Below are positions 62,625-64,000 of a stretch of DNA of 64,000 bases, in pieces; within the stretch, counting starts at the first letter, position 1, and each line of letters starts with the position of its first letter. The stretch spans positions 21,040 to 85,039 of the forward strand of contig DASXZY010000078.1 of NCBI GenBank assembly GCA_036501625.1, written 5' to 3'. The notes under the pieces were generated by a model that worked only from the letters and a program-made list of their open reading frames with translations, was not told the origin of the DNA and did not search any database. The position numbers and the translations under genes were made by a program. The stretch is from Verrucomicrobiia bacterium. GTDB lineage: Bacteria; Verrucomicrobiota; Verrucomicrobiia; Limisphaerales; Palsa-1400.

Positions 62625-64000
62625 GGCTGCTGCTGGCTCTTGATGTCATCCGGCGTCGGAGGCGCTTTGATCATGCCGCCGGTCTTCTTAAAAAATTCGT
62701 AGGCTGACAGCAACAGAATCGACACCAGCAAGCCCACGAGAACGAATTGCCACATGCGGATTCGCTTGGTCTGCTTGCGCCGGCGGCGGTGCCGTTTTCT
62801 TCGCCGGTAGCGAATCTCGCCCGCCTGCGCCGCTGGAGTTGCCGTGCTCGAGGCGGCCGGCCCTTCGGCGGATTCGCGCAAGACTTGGGAGCGGGCCGGG
62901 CCGGCGGATGCGGCGGACCTGGGCGCCGGGGCGGGCTTGGCCGCGTGCGGGAACGGACCGGAGTCTTCCCAAGCGGCAGGCAGCCGGGCAAAATCGCTTC
63001 TCTGATGCGGGCGGTCCTGCCCGACCGGCACCTGCAATGACCATGCCGATTGCGACCGGATTTCGCGCACGGATTCCCGATATTCGTCAATTCCATCCGG
63101 CGGGACGGCGTCGGCCAAAGTGGAAAGGGTCGTGGTGATGGTCCAATTGCCGGCCAGCGTTTTGCGCAGGCGGGTAAAGTGGAGCCAGGGGTTCTCGATG
63201 GTGCGCTGCTGGACGATGGCTGGCGGCAGGGCCACGCAATAAACCTCCAGGATATGCACCATGTGGCACGGGTGCGGCAGCGCGTAGGGAGTGTTGCGCG
63301 GCCCCGAAATGGGCAGCGGCAGCAAAGTGGCGACGGCTTCCGCCGATACTTCCATGTTGTACCAGCTCGCCTTGGCATCTTCCTTGAGAAAGTTTTGAAT
63401 CTCGAAAACCTCGGCCAGGAAGAATTCATTGTCGGTGCGGTTATCGCGAAATTCCAATTGTCCTATTCGCTTGACATCGATGAATCTGTCCACGCACATT
63501 TGCAAACGCTGGCGGGCGATGGCTTCGGGGCCCTGGCGCTCGAACTCCCGCCGCAATTCTTCGGCGTGCGTGCCGCGGGCGGCAATGACGATGCCAAAAA
63601 TGGATGACGTGCCGGAGGTATCCAGCAGGACGGCTTCCTTGATGCGATAGACGTTGGATTCGGGCGCGGCTTCGGGCGCGCCGATCAAATCCGCGCCGGC
63701 GGCGGCCACCGGCAGGCCGACGCCGAAATCGCCAACGACGCGGTTGAGCGAGCCGCCGCCCTGGCCTTTGGCAGTGGCATCGACCCAGCGGATTTCGCCG
63801 CGGGCCTTGTATTCGACGACCAGATGATTGAAAAGGGAGGGCATCGGGAGGAGGCCGGCCAGAGACTTGCGAAAATTGGTGTTGACCAAGACCAGGCGCG
63901 CCTCAAGCCCGAGCCGCCGCAAGAGTGTCATCAACAGGACCGAAAGGTCTTTGCCGTCTCCATACCGGCGGCGCGCGACGACATCCGGGGCGGTGGGCGG
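62621..64000 (-). CDS. C-terminal part of a transglutaminase-like/DUF3857-type protein; the N-terminus lies beyond the right edge
   Basis: The frame stays open from 63934 to the window end (own translation: PPTAPDVVARRRYGDGKDLSVLLMTLLRRLGLEARLVLV). Polybasic RYRRRKRHRRRRKQTKR followed by a TM segment (MWQFVLVGLLVSILLLSAY) near the C-terminus. Confidence 0.55.
   Translation of the reverse strand, partial: PPTAPDVVARRRYGDGKDLSVLLMTLLRRLGLEARLVLVNTNFRKSLAGLLPMPSLFNHLVVEYKARGEIRWVDATAKGQGGGSLNRVVGDFGVGLPVAAAGADLIGAPEAAPESNVYRIKEAVLLDTSGTSSIFGIVIAARGTHAEELRREFERQGPEAIARQRLQMCVDRFIDVKRIGQLEFRDNRTDNEFFLAEVFEIQNFLKEDAKASWYNMEVSAEAVATLLPLPISGPRNTPYALPHPCHMVHILEVYCVALPPAIVQQRTIENPWLHFTRLRKTLAGNWTITTTLSTLADAVPPDGIDEYRESVREIRSQSAWSLQVPVGQDRPHQRSDFARLPAAWEDSGPFPHAAKPAPAPRSAASAGPARSQVLRESAEGPAASSTATPAAQAGEIRYRRRKRHRRRRKQTKRIRMWQFVLVGLLVSILLLSAYEFFKKTGGMIKAPPTPDDIKSQQQP

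Overview
High-GC bacterial chromosomal segment (composition judged by eye, not computed). The protein repertoire (DUF1080, ECF sigma factors fused to membrane or pseudopilin-like tails, a CxxC-type GT4, large secreted beta-propeller proteins) suggests the PVC superphylum, probably Verrucomicrobiota; this is inference only. I call 54 protein-coding features: two run off the window edges and one is a frameshifted pseudogene. I also call about a dozen small regulatory or repeat elements. Most of the window is ordinary core metabolism and envelope biology: mgtA, opgG-opgH, lactate permease, M32 carboxypeptidase, nadA, ugd, icd, coaX, glnE, ABC-F, trpD, tsaC/sua5 and an AddA-like helicase-nuclease. 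Reading by eye, I saw no rRNA, tRNA, CRISPR array, transposase, integrase or phage structural gene. Candidates for something new, in order: (1) the divergent locus at 47.6-54.3 kb, where a 1088-aa orphan membrane protein faces an operon encoding an ECF sigma fused to a polytopic Gly-zipper domain, a gutted methyltransferase and a membrane-anchored GrpE-like protein; (2) a GbsR/MarR-type regulator flanked by two copies of the same ATTyCTGT/ACAGAAAT inverted repeat, ahead of an acyltransferase/membrane protein/SDR/GT4 cluster; (3) a phosphorelay cluster with three Hpt and four receiver domains but no output domain; (4) an AT-rich 8-mer (GATTAAGA/TCTTAATC) occurring six times in two short intergenic regions, including a six-unit hexamer array; (5) a stand-alone Cys/His-rich His-Me-finger-like protein. 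None of these is a recognisable defence or mobile system, and every functional statement about them is a hypothesis. All motif counts were made by eye and need computational confirmation.
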